Assembly: GCA_903908285.1 (NCBI GenBank)
Contig: CAIVRH010000029.1
Span: 102,037 to 166,036, forward strand
DNA length: 64,000 nucleotides
Source: an uncultured candidate division Zixibacteria bacterium
GTDB taxonomy: Bacteria; Zixibacteria; MSB-5A5; SM1-73
Direction: 5' to 3'
Both the position numbers and the translations under genes were made by a program. Positions 9,941 to 19,264 of this stretch are shown here, one piece after another. The first letter of the stretch is position 1; each line of letters opens with the position of its first letter. The notes below the pieces were generated by a model that was not told the DNA's origin, did no database searches, and saw only the letters and a list, made by a program, of their open reading frames with translations.

Positions 9941-10510
9941 TCATTTGATTATTATTGGTGGTCCGGTATATGGAGCATAAAAGTCGCCACTTACCCTCAT
10001 TGAGTCACCTCCACCGTACTCACTACCTATCTCCGCGTTGATAGTAAACTGTACCTCGCCTGGGAATCCGCACTTCAGCTTTTGAAAAACAATCCCACCG
10101 TTCGACACTTCCTGCTCATTTGACAATTCGTTGGGAGCATCAACAACATAAAGTAAGACCCCTTTCGGTTGGTCCCATATGAAATAATTGGGGAACTTGA
10201 TCTCCTCGCCTATCTTCACATCGTCGACTACTGCCTGCAAATGCCAACAGGTTTTGCTGTCTGGATAATTGGAATCATAACCTACAAGAACGTTAAGGGT
10301 ATTGGTAGGGATCAAACCTTCTTCCCATTGTCCGCACCAAACTGAAGTCCTGGAGCTAAATACGACTTGGGTTCCGTCGGACCGTGTAAAGATAAGATTA
10401 TTCTTCACTGGACCAGTATCGGAGCGAGAGCTATTCTTGTGACAACCAATTAGATTGAACACGGATAAAACACCCACCAACAATATAATATAATTGTTAA
10501 AACGTAGCAT
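9941..10510 (-). CDS. hypothetical lipoprotein
   Basis: Signal peptide ending in lipobox LIGC; RBS GGAGG. Confidence 0.75.
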   Translation of the reverse strand: MLRFNNYIILLVGVLSVFNLIGCHKNSSRSDTGPVKNNLIFTRSDGTQVVFSSRTSVWCGQWEEGLIPTNTLNVLVGYDSNYPDSKTCWHLQAVVDDVKIGEEIKFPNYFIWDQPKGVLLYVVDAPNELSNEQEVSNGGIVFQKLKCGFPGEVQFTINAEIGSEYGGGDSMRVSGDFYAPYTGPPIIIK

Positions 10511-10560
10511 ATTGCCTCCTTTCCATGAGGTAAGAATCCATCTCGTAATCGTGGCTAAGA

Positions 10561-10590
10561 GTTTTGGCAGGAGTTACAGCTCATGACCTT
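10561..10590 (-). repeat. GTAG-hairpin element, copy E (degenerate)
   Basis: TGGCAGGAGTTACAGCTCATGACC; the adjacent CGTGGCTAAG also occurs beside copy F. Confidence 0.5.
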
Positions 10591-10713
10591 GTATCTTACC
10601 TTTCAGATCGTATCTTATGATCCGAACTCCTTTTTGAAGTTGAGCGCTGCGAATAGCTCGCACCTAAATATCTACCTCTCAAGAACTCCCACTTTGAATA
10701 CGATCTTCCTGTG

Positions 10714-10766
10714 TTATTTTATCAATCTCCTCTTCATCAGCTTGGTGCCGATGTAGAAAGCGGCAA
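10714..10766 (-). pseudogene. short duplicate of the ABC permease 3' end
   Basis: Encodes AAFYIGTKLMKRRLIK*, matching the end of 20542-21309. Confidence 0.8.
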
Positions 10767-10903
10767 TTCTGTAAGGGTCGCACAGACGTGCCCCCAGGCG
10801 GGAGCGTCCGCTCGTCTGGGCATTCATGCGACCCCCGCCTTTAGCGGGGCTGTAAGCCGCGGGCTTGACTTGTGGTGAGTTTATCGAACCATGAATCAAG
10901 CCC

Positions 10904-11054
10904 CTACTTTATCAATCTTCTCTTCATCAGCCTGATGCCGATGTAGAAAGCGGCGGATTCGAGGAGAATGATGTATAAAAAGTCCATTAAAAGTCCCGGA
11001 GAAGGCTCGCCGGAGAAAGCGGAGCGGGAGATATTGACTACGTGGGTAAGGGGA
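10904..11054 (-). pseudogene. ~150-bp duplicate of the ABC permease 3' end (att-like)
   Basis: Close match to 20542-20692; homology begins at the PLTH codons (TGGGTAAG on +). Confidence 0.85.
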
Positions 11055-11189
11055 ACTCTTGATTAGACCTCGCCCCTCTCCCTTTAAGGGTGAACCCCGC
11101 CATATAGATTTTTAATATTTTTCTTACAGAGTGGCTTTAAGACGTGCTGAAAAACTTATTCTGAATTGTAGGGCATACACCTGCTCTAT

Positions 11190-12140
11190 TCAACCATGAA
11201 TGATCTGCTCGAGTAAGAATCCGGAGATATCGGTTTTGATCTGTATCCACAACGGGAGGTGGTCGGAGAGCTGGTAAGTGAATTCCTCTTTTTTCATACC
11301 GTCCGGGAAAAGTTCCTGGATATGGGCTTCGTCTATGAAGAAATCGAGCACGCCCCCTGCATTGCTAAAATTCTCCGGGTAGTTTGGATAATGGAGGATC
11401 TGATCATAGCGTTTACTTTTGGCGAGATCAGTGCCGGGGGCATCGAGGAGCTTATCGGGAATCTTCAGGCCGTATTTGGTGATGGCCTTGAACGTGGGGT
11501 CCTCGCGCGAGGGGATGTTGAAGTCGCCCATGATCATGAAGTCATGGTCTTCTGCAAATTTGTCCAGACGCTTGCCCTCGATCCAGGCGGCCAACATGGC
11601 TATTTCGCCCTCGCGCCCCTCCATGCTGTCGCCCCACCGAATGTGCGTGGTCAGCACCACGAAATCGAAGATGCCGGATTTGAAGGAAGCGAGGTAAGGA
11701 CTTCGCCAAAAGGACTTCTCGGACAAATATTCCTGACCTATTTTCTTGCGCGGCTCGTTCGCCTCGGCGGCCAGTCCGTTGAAGGTGGCAGCCCGCTGGT
11801 CATAAACATAAGCCACGCGTTCCCGGTTGCCGCCTAGGTCGGGGATGACGTCCGAGAAAACCGCGCGCCAGTAAGGTCCGAGGATTTTTAAAACCCGGCC
11901 GAGGTCAGCGAGATTGTCTCGCAATTCAACGATCCCAATCAGATCGAACTGGCCGAGGATTTCCGCAATGTAATGGATGGCCGCTTCACTGCGTGGTGTC
12001 TTGCCAAACTCCCGGATGTTCCAGGTGGCAATATTCAAGGTTTCGTCGAGTTTCGACGAGGGAATTTTCGCTGCCTGAATGCGCTTCTGCAAGGCAATCA
12101 AACCCCGGGCAATGTCCGGAGAAACATCTCCATGTTCCAT
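11190..12140 (-). CDS. endonuclease/exonuclease/phosphatase (DNase I-like EEP) family protein
   Basis: ATWNIREF, ELRD, GDFNIP, YDQI and LSDHLP catalytic motifs. Confidence 0.9.
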   Translation of the reverse strand: MEHGDVSPDIARGLIALQKRIQAAKIPSSKLDETLNIATWNIREFGKTPRSEAAIHYIAEILGQFDLIGIVELRDNLADLGRVLKILGPYWRAVFSDVIPDLGGNRERVAYVYDQRAATFNGLAAEANEPRKKIGQEYLSEKSFWRSPYLASFKSGIFDFVVLTTHIRWGDSMEGREGEIAMLAAWIEGKRLDKFAEDHDFMIMGDFNIPSREDPTFKAITKYGLKIPDKLLDAPGTDLAKSKRYDQILHYPNYPENFSNAGGVLDFFIDEAHIQELFPDGMKKEEFTYQLSDHLPLWIQIKTDISGFLLEQIIHG

Positions 12141-12328
12141 AGGTATCCTCCTTTACCGCTTGTACTACTATTTATCAGTTATATGGAGCATCTAAGCTAC
12201 TAACTGACAATGAATAAGCAGATAGGTCAATTATCCTAAAGGATGATCGACAATTTTTCCCATCCAGCAGTCTTGCAGACATACTTAACCTACTATTACC
12301 GGGTCGTGACAGCACATAACTACCATCG

Positions 12329-12385
12329 AGCTAACGCAAGAGGGTCAGGTGTAGGTAGAACGTCACCCGGACCCTCCGGTTAGGC
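12329..12385 (-). mobile_element. attC-like site (57 bp)
   Basis: Minus strand GCCTAAC-CGGAGGGTCCGGGTG...CACCTGACCCTCTTGC-GTTAGCT: RYYYAAC/GTT cores with imperfect inner inverted repeats, 24 nt after the caspase stop. Confidence 0.55.
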
Positions 12386-12409
12386 CAAATAGAAATAGTA
12401 GAGCAGCCA

Positions 12410-13240
12410 TCAATCAAATTTCAACTCGCGTTTGGTTGCCTCGCATTCCAACTGCGGAGTCTGGTTGTAGTGCCCTGCGTTCAGGTGGGCGCGGATTTTT
12501 GTCAGCACCTGTGCACGGGAAAGCGAATTGTTACAGGCGTACATTTCTTTGCAGAAATAGTAAGTGAACGCCCCATGCCAACCACCGGCGATATGGGCAT
12601 CCGCACTCGTCTGGTCGGCACGGCAGGCAGCCCAGAGGATGTGATGCACGATCCCCTTTTCCAGCAACCCGCGCGCGAGTCCGCGAGATCGCTTCCCTTC
12701 CACCTCGATGAATGCCTCCAACGATGGGGGCGGCAGGTAGCGCGGCGTTCGATCAAGCAGCAGGTCAACCGCCTTGAGTCCCGTACCGCTGTGGCAGGTA
12801 TCCAAGTAAACCTCCAAAAGCACATTGGGAGGAAGCTGGATGAACAAATCTCGCAGCTCGTCATCCACGATGACATGATTCCTGTCCCATTGGTTGCCTG
12901 CCTGGGTCAGGTCATGCGGGCAAAACGCCTCATCCGCACGATCAGGTTCATCGTGGTTTAAATCCGGCACCTGTGTGCCATGACTTGACAGGCTGAATAC
13001 CAAGTAGGAGTATTTGCCTGCTTTTGCGCCATCTACCATGGTTTTGAGGTTGCTCATGATATTGGCTTTTGTGGCTTGTGCATCGTGTAGCTGGGTAATA
13101 TCTGTGCCGGCAAATCCGAGCAGCTTCTGCAGCAAAGCCGACATTTCGTTGGCATCATTGACACAACCTTGCAACGTAGAACCGGGATAGTTCTTGAACT
13201 GATTGATTCCGACACATAGGGCTTTTCTGTTACTAGGCAT
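12410..13240 (-). CDS. caspase-like (peptidase C14, metacaspase) protein
   Basis: ALCVGIN, L.GCVNDA, SSHG and DTCHSG His-Cys dyad, GAFT, QTPQL; RBS AAGGAGG. Confidence 0.92.
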   Translation of the reverse strand: MPSNRKALCVGINQFKNYPGSTLQGCVNDANEMSALLQKLLGFAGTDITQLHDAQATKANIMSNLKTMVDGAKAGKYSYLVFSLSSHGTQVPDLNHDEPDRADEAFCPHDLTQAGNQWDRNHVIVDDELRDLFIQLPPNVLLEVYLDTCHSGTGLKAVDLLLDRTPRYLPPPSLEAFIEVEGKRSRGLARGLLEKGIVHHILWAACRADQTSADAHIAGGWHGAFTYYFCKEMYACNNSLSRAQVLTKIRAHLNAGHYNQTPQLECEATKRELKFD

Positions 13241-13490
13241 AAGCACCTCCTTAGGTTGTGCTCGTTGGGATTGACAGGACCGTTCAGTAACGAGCCAGAC
13301 TAAGCCGGTCCCCTTTCATTGAACTTCATCCTCTGACTGATTTTCCCCTCATTTTTACAAAAGCACTCTTTTCCCTGGCATAATGTCAAGCGTCGGTGGC
13401 TGGGTGGGCGCTTTTTCCTCTCCGTCCACGAACACCCGAATCAGGCGACGGTTTAGCTTGACAGCAATTACAGCCTAACTCACTTTTGAC

Positions 13491-14438
13491 TTAAAACTTA
13501 AACTGTCCGGTATCGATCCACTCATTCTTTAGAACTGACCACCAATCAACAGCGAGTCCTTTCAACACATAGTCATAAGGGAGCCAACCATAACCGCCGG
13601 TACCCCATTCTGGACCCCAAGAGTTTCTGATGAGTAAGGCTCCTGTGGTTTCGACACCTCCCGGATTGGTGTTTTTAATCGTCATTCTATCGTCGTAACC
13701 AACGGCATCAATGGCATGACCACCTAAAATCTTCTCTCCGGGTGTGGGAAAAGGTATCTTTCCGGTTGTGGCAGCCTGGGATAAGGAACTATACACCGTA
13801 AAGCCGAACATCGAGGGTAGATAAGCAGCTAAATTTGTCTTGATCCGATTCAGCAGAGCATCCTTAGGAGTTCCAGGCGGATCATAACGGTAGTAGCTAA
13901 TCGCCTTGTAGCTCTGGGCGTAGGCATAGCAGAATGCCGGCGGCTCCAGATCAAAGTGGTAGGTTGGAACAATAGGCTCGCCGATTCCTTTATCGGTGTA
14001 CGGCCAATATTCCTCCGGGGGCACGCCAAATAATACCAATGCGCCCATGGTGGTACGAAGAAAGGCTCCGGTGTCTCCAGACCAGTGTAACATGTTTCGG
14101 GTTGCCTTATAAAGGAAGAGTCTGGAAGCATCAATATGTTTTCCGAAGGCCTTTTTCTCAAAATACTCTACTATTCCAACACCCGCATGGGCCGTGCATG
14201 AACCAAGACTAAGTTGGTTCTCGATAGGAGAGCACCAGGGCCTTAAATCTGCAGATACCGGCAGGCTTACTCCCGCCGGTTCCGCTACTCCTGCTTTCTT
14301 GAGCATGGCCTTAACAGAATCTGCCTGTCCCAAAGCTTTAAGCGTTTCAGGAATATCTTCTTGCTCTACCGTGTGGTCCCTGAAATCGGGATAATCCGGT
14401 AGCCATCCCATTCCCAATTTTTCAATGATCTCAGCCAT
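13491..14438 (-). CDS. papain-like (C1A) cysteine peptidase without signal peptide
   Basis: GWLPDYPD.RD, DLRPWCSPIENQLSLGSCTA, GGHA, IRNSWG; RBS GGAGG before ATG 14438. Confidence 0.92.
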   Translation of the reverse strand: MAEIIEKLGMGWLPDYPDFRDHTVEQEDIPETLKALGQADSVKAMLKKAGVAEPAGVSLPVSADLRPWCSPIENQLSLGSCTAHAGVGIVEYFEKKAFGKHIDASRLFLYKATRNMLHWSGDTGAFLRTTMGALVLFGVPPEEYWPYTDKGIGEPIVPTYHFDLEPPAFCYAYAQSYKAISYYRYDPPGTPKDALLNRIKTNLAAYLPSMFGFTVYSSLSQAATTGKIPFPTPGEKILGGHAIDAVGYDDRMTIKNTNPGGVETTGALLIRNSWGPEWGTGGYGWLPYDYVLKGLAVDWWSVLKNEWIDTGQFKF

Positions 14439-14563
14439 AATATACACCTCCAATTCAATTAGGACCTTAGTTTGTCGAGTTTTTCTACCAAAACAACCTA
14501 CAAGACAGCAATCCGCTTTGCTAACTAATCGCTTCACCTCCTTTCAGCGCCAATCATAATGCC

Positions 14564-14621
14564 GCCTAACTCTGAATATACTGCCCGGTATAACACCCGG
14601 GGTACCGCTCCGAGTGTTATA
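14564..14621 (-). other. attI-like / recombination-site-like palindrome at the head of the protease block
   Basis: Minus strand TATAACAC..GTGTTATA inverted repeat, then GGGCAGTATATTCAGA-GTTAGGC core upstream of the C1 gene; a second GTTAGGC sits at 13473-13479. Confidence 0.35.
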
Positions 14622-14860
14622 TAATACACAGCAGAAAAAACTGTCTACTTGGTCATATCCGATGAAATATCAGGTGGTCACATCGAGACGCCGGTTTTAT
14701 CGCAGCGTCTTCTTTGCGTCAATAGAGATTCCTTCGTGTCTATTTTTATACAACTAAGTCAAGAACCTGATACCGCTAATATTTATCAAGTTTATAGGGA
14801 CTTAGCCTGCGAACCTATTATAACTACCCCTAATTATATTTCTGTATTCTATTCTTAAAA

Positions 14861-14889
14861 AATATAGGACTACTGTCAAATTTTGTCAA
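14861..14889 (-). promoter_or_regulatory. sigma70-type promoter reading into the C1-caspase-EEP block
   Basis: TTGACA-17-TATATT on the minus strand. Confidence 0.55.
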
Positions 14890-15145
14890 GCTTTTTTTAT
14901 AATATTTCTGAAAAATCGTTCCTACGGGGCTTGATGCCCCTTCCTCCAACATTGAGGTCTTAAAGACCGAAGGGCAGGATGAAGCTCTCTTGTGCGTTGG
15001 TAACCTATTGAGATTCAACACGAAAACGAGCAGAGTCTACCTTAAGCAGGATTATTTTTGGCATTTATTCAGGGCTTTATATGGGGATATTTATGATTAA
15101 TAATTTCTATCGACTAAGATTAATTGAGGATATTGCTTCCGACCG

Positions 15146-15294
15146 CTATTTTATCAATCTTCTTTTCATCAGCTTGATGCCGATGTAGAAAGCGGCGGTT
15201 TCGAGGAGAACGATGTACAAAAAGTCCAGCGCCAAGCCCGGTGAAGGCTCGCCGGAAAAAGCTCAAGCGGGAGATATTTACTGCGTGGGTAAGG
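15146..15294 (-). pseudogene. ~150-bp duplicate of the ABC permease 3' end (att-like)
   Basis: Close match to 20542-20690, with the same 5' boundary (TGGGTAAG) as the 10.9-kb copy. Confidence 0.85.
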
Positions 15295-15387
15295 TGGAGA
15301 GTTTTTCTTAAACCTCTCCCCCTGTCCTAAGGATCTTCGATATCCCACTCTCCACATTTGTGGAGAGAGGGACTATTGGGCGGCCAA

Positions 15388-15421
15388 GAATAGTGTCAGG
15401 AGCACGAGGCTCCTAACCTGC
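15388..15421 (-). repeat. GTAG-hairpin element, copy F
   Basis: GAATAGTGTCAGGAGCACGAGGCTCCTAACCTGC. Confidence 0.8.
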
Positions 15422-15437
15422 AAACTTGCGTGGCTAA

Positions 15438-15533
15438 GGGCGCCAGCGCGATCAATGCTTTTGCCAATTTGCGATTCCACGAATCCTTCCGCAAACTGCC
15501 GACGAAGACTGCCACATTATAGTTCTTATTCAT
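15438..15533 (-). pseudogene. truncated copy of the FMN reductase 5' end
   Basis: MNKNYNVAVFVGSLRKDSWNRKLAKALIALAP then diverges, at the same LAP breakpoint as the 9.8-kb copy. Confidence 0.85.
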
Positions 15534-15545
15534 AATGATCCTTTA

Positions 15546-15579
15546 GAATAGTGTCAGTAGCGCGGGGCTCCAGACCTAC
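15546..15579 (-). repeat. GTAG-hairpin element, copy G
   Basis: GAATAGTGTCAGTAGCGCGGGGCTCCAGACCTAC; its GTAG supplies the TAG stop of the upstream nuclease. Confidence 0.8.
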
Positions 15580-16046
15580 TTGCTCTTGCGTGTACACCGC
15601 CCTTTGTGTTTTTTTCTATCCCAAAATAGACTTCGCCAACTTTTAATCTCGAAGGGAACGAGGGCATTGTGCAGAGTTGAAGTACCTCTTGTCCGGACAT
15701 ATCGACCATTTTTCCGGCTCCAACCATGATCGTCGACAATTTTCTCTGCTTCAGAATAAGGCATTCCAAAGGCCCGGGTCTGCAACTCTGTCCCCACATT
15801 CCAAAGATAAACAATGTAGAGATCTGGAATTTTCAGATATTTCTGGTCCGTGAAGAACTCCTCTCCAGAAAAAGACTTCAACTGAAGAGGGAGGGCTCGG
15901 AAACCTTCATCCACGCAATCGGTATAGACGATGAGATCTATCCCTTCGTCAATGTCTGGGCGAGCAAACTTTATTCCCTCTCGGTAAAGCTTCTCTGCAA
16001 CGTAAGCTTCCCCGATTTTTTCGATTTGATGGCTCGATAGTTCCAT
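15576..16046 (-). CDS. small PD-(D/E)XK-family nuclease-like protein
   Basis: GE..V...L...G, D.GIDL and LQLKS motif spacing. Confidence 0.7.
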   Translation of the reverse strand: MELSSHQIEKIGEAYVAEKLYREGIKFARPDIDEGIDLIVYTDCVDEGFRALPLQLKSFSGEEFFTDQKYLKIPDLYIVYLWNVGTELQTRAFGMPYSEAEKIVDDHGWSRKNGRYVRTRGTSTLHNALVPFEIKSWRSLFWDRKKHKGRCTRKSK

Positions 16047-16087
16047 TTTATCTTTTCAGACTGGATATCTCGATTAAGACTCTTATC

Positions 16088-16150
16088 TCAAGTGCCCTGC
16101 GCACCTGAAAAACGAATAGTGGCAGGAGCATGAGGTATCTGACATAATAC
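16088..16150 (-). repeat. GTAG-hairpin element, copy H (long form)
   Basis: TCAAGTGCCCTGCGCACCTGAAAAACGAATAGTGGCAGGAGCATGAGGTATCTGAC. Confidence 0.8.
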
Positions 16151-16205
16151 AGCTACTAACTACTTTGTAGCAATACAGTTGTTGTAGCTAACTTAGTATT
16201 AGAAC

Positions 16206-16952
16206 TCATGTTGGTTGTTTTTTCCCAACTTTGATAGGATTCGACCGACTCTCTGCAATTGTCGTAATGGATTTTTGCACCAAACTCTCAATGGAGTAAC
16301 AAAACTCTATATTTTGGAAACGTACAATCATAACGTCTTTACTAATATTCTCAACTTGTTCCGGCTTATATGCTGTATAGAAGATAACTGGGAGGTCCCG
16401 AATTACAAGATCATCATGTTTCTCGCGTAGTTCTTTTATTTGCTCCATACCACCGTAGGTAGCATTCCCCTGTTTGTCTCTCCATTGAATATCCGATATA
16501 ATCAAGTCAAAGTCATTATCTTCCTCGATTCTTTTCTTAATGGTTTCCGGTGTGGCTGATATAACCTCAATTCCCAATGCCCTCAACAAGCGCCTCTCAC
16601 CAACAACCACATGTGGATTATCGTCTATCCAGAGGATTCTTCCCCCCTGCGCTTCAGCAATTTTGGAACCCAAACTCGCAAGCAGTCTTCTGAGCTTCTT
16701 AGGTTGAGCATCTAACATTCCATATAACGCTCCCTGAACCTGCGGTTGTTCTAATTGCAACTCGACGCCACCAGCCTTAAAGTATTTCAGTCTTTCCCAA
16801 GGAAGAACCAAGATCAAAACTGCAACAACAAAAAGCACAAGAATAGTGGTATCCATATTGTGACTTGCGATATCATGCATTTTCAACCTCATTAATATAA
16901 TTAACATCGCGAAACCGGTTAGTCCGAACTTTATCCCGAGCCACGTTTTCAT
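16206..16952 (-). CDS. membrane-anchored receiver (REC) domain protein
   Basis: Two N-terminal TMs and a KAGGVEL linker; ILWIDD, DLIISD and PVIFYT receiver motifs. Confidence 0.75.
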   Translation of the reverse strand: MKTWLGIKFGLTGFAMLIILMRLKMHDIASHNMDTTILVLFVVAVLILVLPWERLKYFKAGGVELQLEQPQVQGALYGMLDAQPKKLRRLLASLGSKIAEAQGGRILWIDDNPHVVVGERRLLRALGIEVISATPETIKKRIEEDNDFDLIISDIQWRDKQGNATYGGMEQIKELREKHDDLVIRDLPVIFYTAYKPEQVENISKDVMIVRFQNIEFCYSIESLVQKSITTIAESRSNPIKVGKKQPT

Positions 16953-17090
16953 TTGTTACCCTCGCTTGATTGGTTGACCTAGTAAATGTTTGCTATTCAA
17001 CTATTAACTATATGGTTACTTCATCTCACATTTTTGACACTTACCAGCGACAAAAAGGATTAATGTGCATTGGTTCCAAAGATTCACAGA

Positions 17091-17150
17091 TCAAGTGCCC
17101 TGCGCACCAGACAAATGAATAGTGTCAAGAGCACGGGACTGCTGATCTAC
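17091..17150 (-). repeat. GTAG-hairpin element, copy I (long form)
   Basis: TCAAGTGCCCTGCGCACCAGACAAATGAATAGTGTCAAGAGCACGGGACTGCTGATCTAC. Confidence 0.8.
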
Positions 17151-17208
17151 CTACTATTTCGCCTCTCCAATCTGAAACTAAAAATCCTTAATAAATTTTT
17201 TATCTTAA

Positions 17209-19002
17209 TCAGAATTTTGGCAAATTAAACAAGGTGCCAGCCTGTCCCTCATCATTTAGTTCCCTGATAATTTCTTCTTTCTTGAATTCAATAACCTTGT
17301 CATTTTCATCCCTTGGTAAATCTGCAGTAATTATAGTCAAGATGTACTGCAATCCATAGGAACCACAATATTCCCTGACAAGTTCTAGAAAATTATTCTT
17401 CTTTCTGTTATCAAGGCCCTCAAGGATGCCATCATGGTAAACGAATCTGAAAAAAGAGCGTTTTGCATAATTTTTCAATATGGCCAAATCGAAAGCAGCG
17501 CAAAGTAGCTTCTTGTAGGTTGTTCCTCTGCCTTCGCTTGTTGCCTCCATAGTTTTTTCATCATGGACAATATCAGCACTAAAGTCAATATTGCCCATAG
17601 TATTAATCTTAATAGACAATAAAGCTGAAATATTCAAAACTGCTTTGATAATCCTGTCAAAATCATTTCTAATATCGGAATATAAGCTCGCTCCAGCCTT
17701 AATTTGGTCGTTGATATTGTCAACAAGCCCTTTTCTCTTCTGTTCATATCCATCTATCTCTTTTTGTATGACAGCAACTGAATCAAGAGTCTCAAGCTGA
17801 GAATGCAGTCTTACTAAATCAGTCTCCTGGTGCACTAAGCTTTTCTGTAGCAATTTAAACTTATCAAAAGTATCTTCTCCTCGTAATATTCTGAGAAGAT
17901 CCTCTCTTTTTGAATTTAAATCTCTCAGTTGTCCGCATACCGAATCCTGCTCTTGCTTCAAAGTTTGAAGCCTTTCTTTTAGTCTCTTATTTCTTTCAGC
18001 AGAAATATTCTCATTAAATTTTACTAAATCCGTGTAGCCTTTCATCAGTTTATCAGGAAAATGAATCTGTGTTTCCTCAAATATCTGTTTTACTTCATTC
18101 AAGTCAAAATTGACTTTGGCTTCTAGAGCATCCTGAATTTTCTCAATCTCATAATTAATGTTGTAAACCTGATCATTAAGAGAGGCGATTTCAGTCTCAG
18201 TCTTCTCGACTAATTCTTTATTAATACTGAGCTCTTTTTCATAAAAATTAAACCTATCTATCTTTTCATAAGCTTCTTTTATTTCCCTCTGCTTTATTTC
18301 AATGGCTCCTTTTAGCTTGTCATATTCCTCTGTCTTTGTAGTCAAGGTCTTTTTATATTCCGCCTTGTATTTCTCCCTGCTCTCTATTGTCTTATCTATT
18401 TCATATTTCTCTTTCAACAAAGAGTCATCAAAACCCAATAATTTTGCAAGATAAGGCTTCCATTGAGAATGTTCCCCAATGCTGAATTTGCTTATCTGGA
18501 AAACATCTTGATAATCGCTTTGCGTCCTCAAGAAATAAGAAACACCTTTCCGGTAAGGCCATGGTGCTATCGAATCAAGATCAAGATAGGAATTAAGACT
18601 GTCTACCGCCTTCCGGATTGGCATTCCGCTGTAATCCCATTGCTTTTCTCCATGATTTTTAAAATCCTGGAATTTATCGTCATGAATTTTGAAACATATC
18701 TTGGTATTGTTATCAACACATCGTTTGATGGTTAGATATTTACCTGAATTAAGCAGTATCTCCAGATAAAACTCGAATCCCCTGAACTCTTTTTTATTGT
18801 CATAAAGAAAGTGCCCATCTTTCAACTCCTTAAGTAAAAGAAAATCAATAAGATGAATAAGGAGGGTTTTACCTAGATTATGTGAATCTTTATAAGTTTC
18901 CTTGGGTCTTCTGACTTTCCCATAAATTACATTAAAGCCTTCATTAAAGTGGATGGGCTTAAATATCTCGTCTCTGTTTGAATATATCTTGCTTAGTTTC
19001 AT
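17209..19002 (-). CDS. ABC-three-component / Lamassu SMC-like ATPase (DUF2326, LmuB-like)
   Basis: MKLSKIYSN, HNLGKT Walker A, long coiled coil, SEG.G, FVYHDG.LEGLD Walker B. Confidence 0.88.
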   Translation of the reverse strand: MKLSKIYSNRDEIFKPIHFNEGFNVIYGKVRRPKETYKDSHNLGKTLLIHLIDFLLLKELKDGHFLYDNKKEFRGFEFYLEILLNSGKYLTIKRCVDNNTKICFKIHDDKFQDFKNHGEKQWDYSGMPIRKAVDSLNSYLDLDSIAPWPYRKGVSYFLRTQSDYQDVFQISKFSIGEHSQWKPYLAKLLGFDDSLLKEKYEIDKTIESREKYKAEYKKTLTTKTEEYDKLKGAIEIKQREIKEAYEKIDRFNFYEKELSINKELVEKTETEIASLNDQVYNINYEIEKIQDALEAKVNFDLNEVKQIFEETQIHFPDKLMKGYTDLVKFNENISAERNKRLKERLQTLKQEQDSVCGQLRDLNSKREDLLRILRGEDTFDKFKLLQKSLVHQETDLVRLHSQLETLDSVAVIQKEIDGYEQKRKGLVDNINDQIKAGASLYSDIRNDFDRIIKAVLNISALLSIKINTMGNIDFSADIVHDEKTMEATSEGRGTTYKKLLCAAFDLAILKNYAKRSFFRFVYHDGILEGLDNRKKNNFLELVREYCGSYGLQYILTIITADLPRDENDKVIEFKKEEIIRELNDEGQAGTLFNLPKF

Positions 19003-19015
19003 TTTCTATTATTGT

Positions 19016-19264
19016 TTACGTATTATTTTTACCAATAAATTCCAATGAATCTGTCTGTAAGTGGTATTCGATCATGCCGAGTAAATATAAAAAATCCAAC
19101 GACGGCACAAAAACATGTTTTACATCTTCTCCAATCTTGCCAACCAAATACTGCAATACCTCACTATATTCCATTACTCTGTTATTCTCGAACAGCTTAA
19201 TAAGCATGGAGGATACCCTGACTACAGATAAGTCCAAATCCATATATTTTGTCGGGGTTATCAT
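19016..19264 (-). CDS. ABC-3C middle component (LmuC-like)
   Basis: 82 aa; P.K..DL..S...F.PSLDFLYLLG.IEY; start overlaps the upstream stop. Confidence 0.8.
   Translation of the reverse strand: MITPTKYMDLDLSVVRVSSMLIKLFENNRVMEYSEVLQYLVGKIGEDVKHVFVPSLDFLYLLGMIEYHLQTDSLEFIGKNNT

Noticed and set aside
10714..10899. 61-aa ORF ending KLMKRRLIK
   Set aside because: A chimera of REP sequence and the duplicated permease end, not a real gene.
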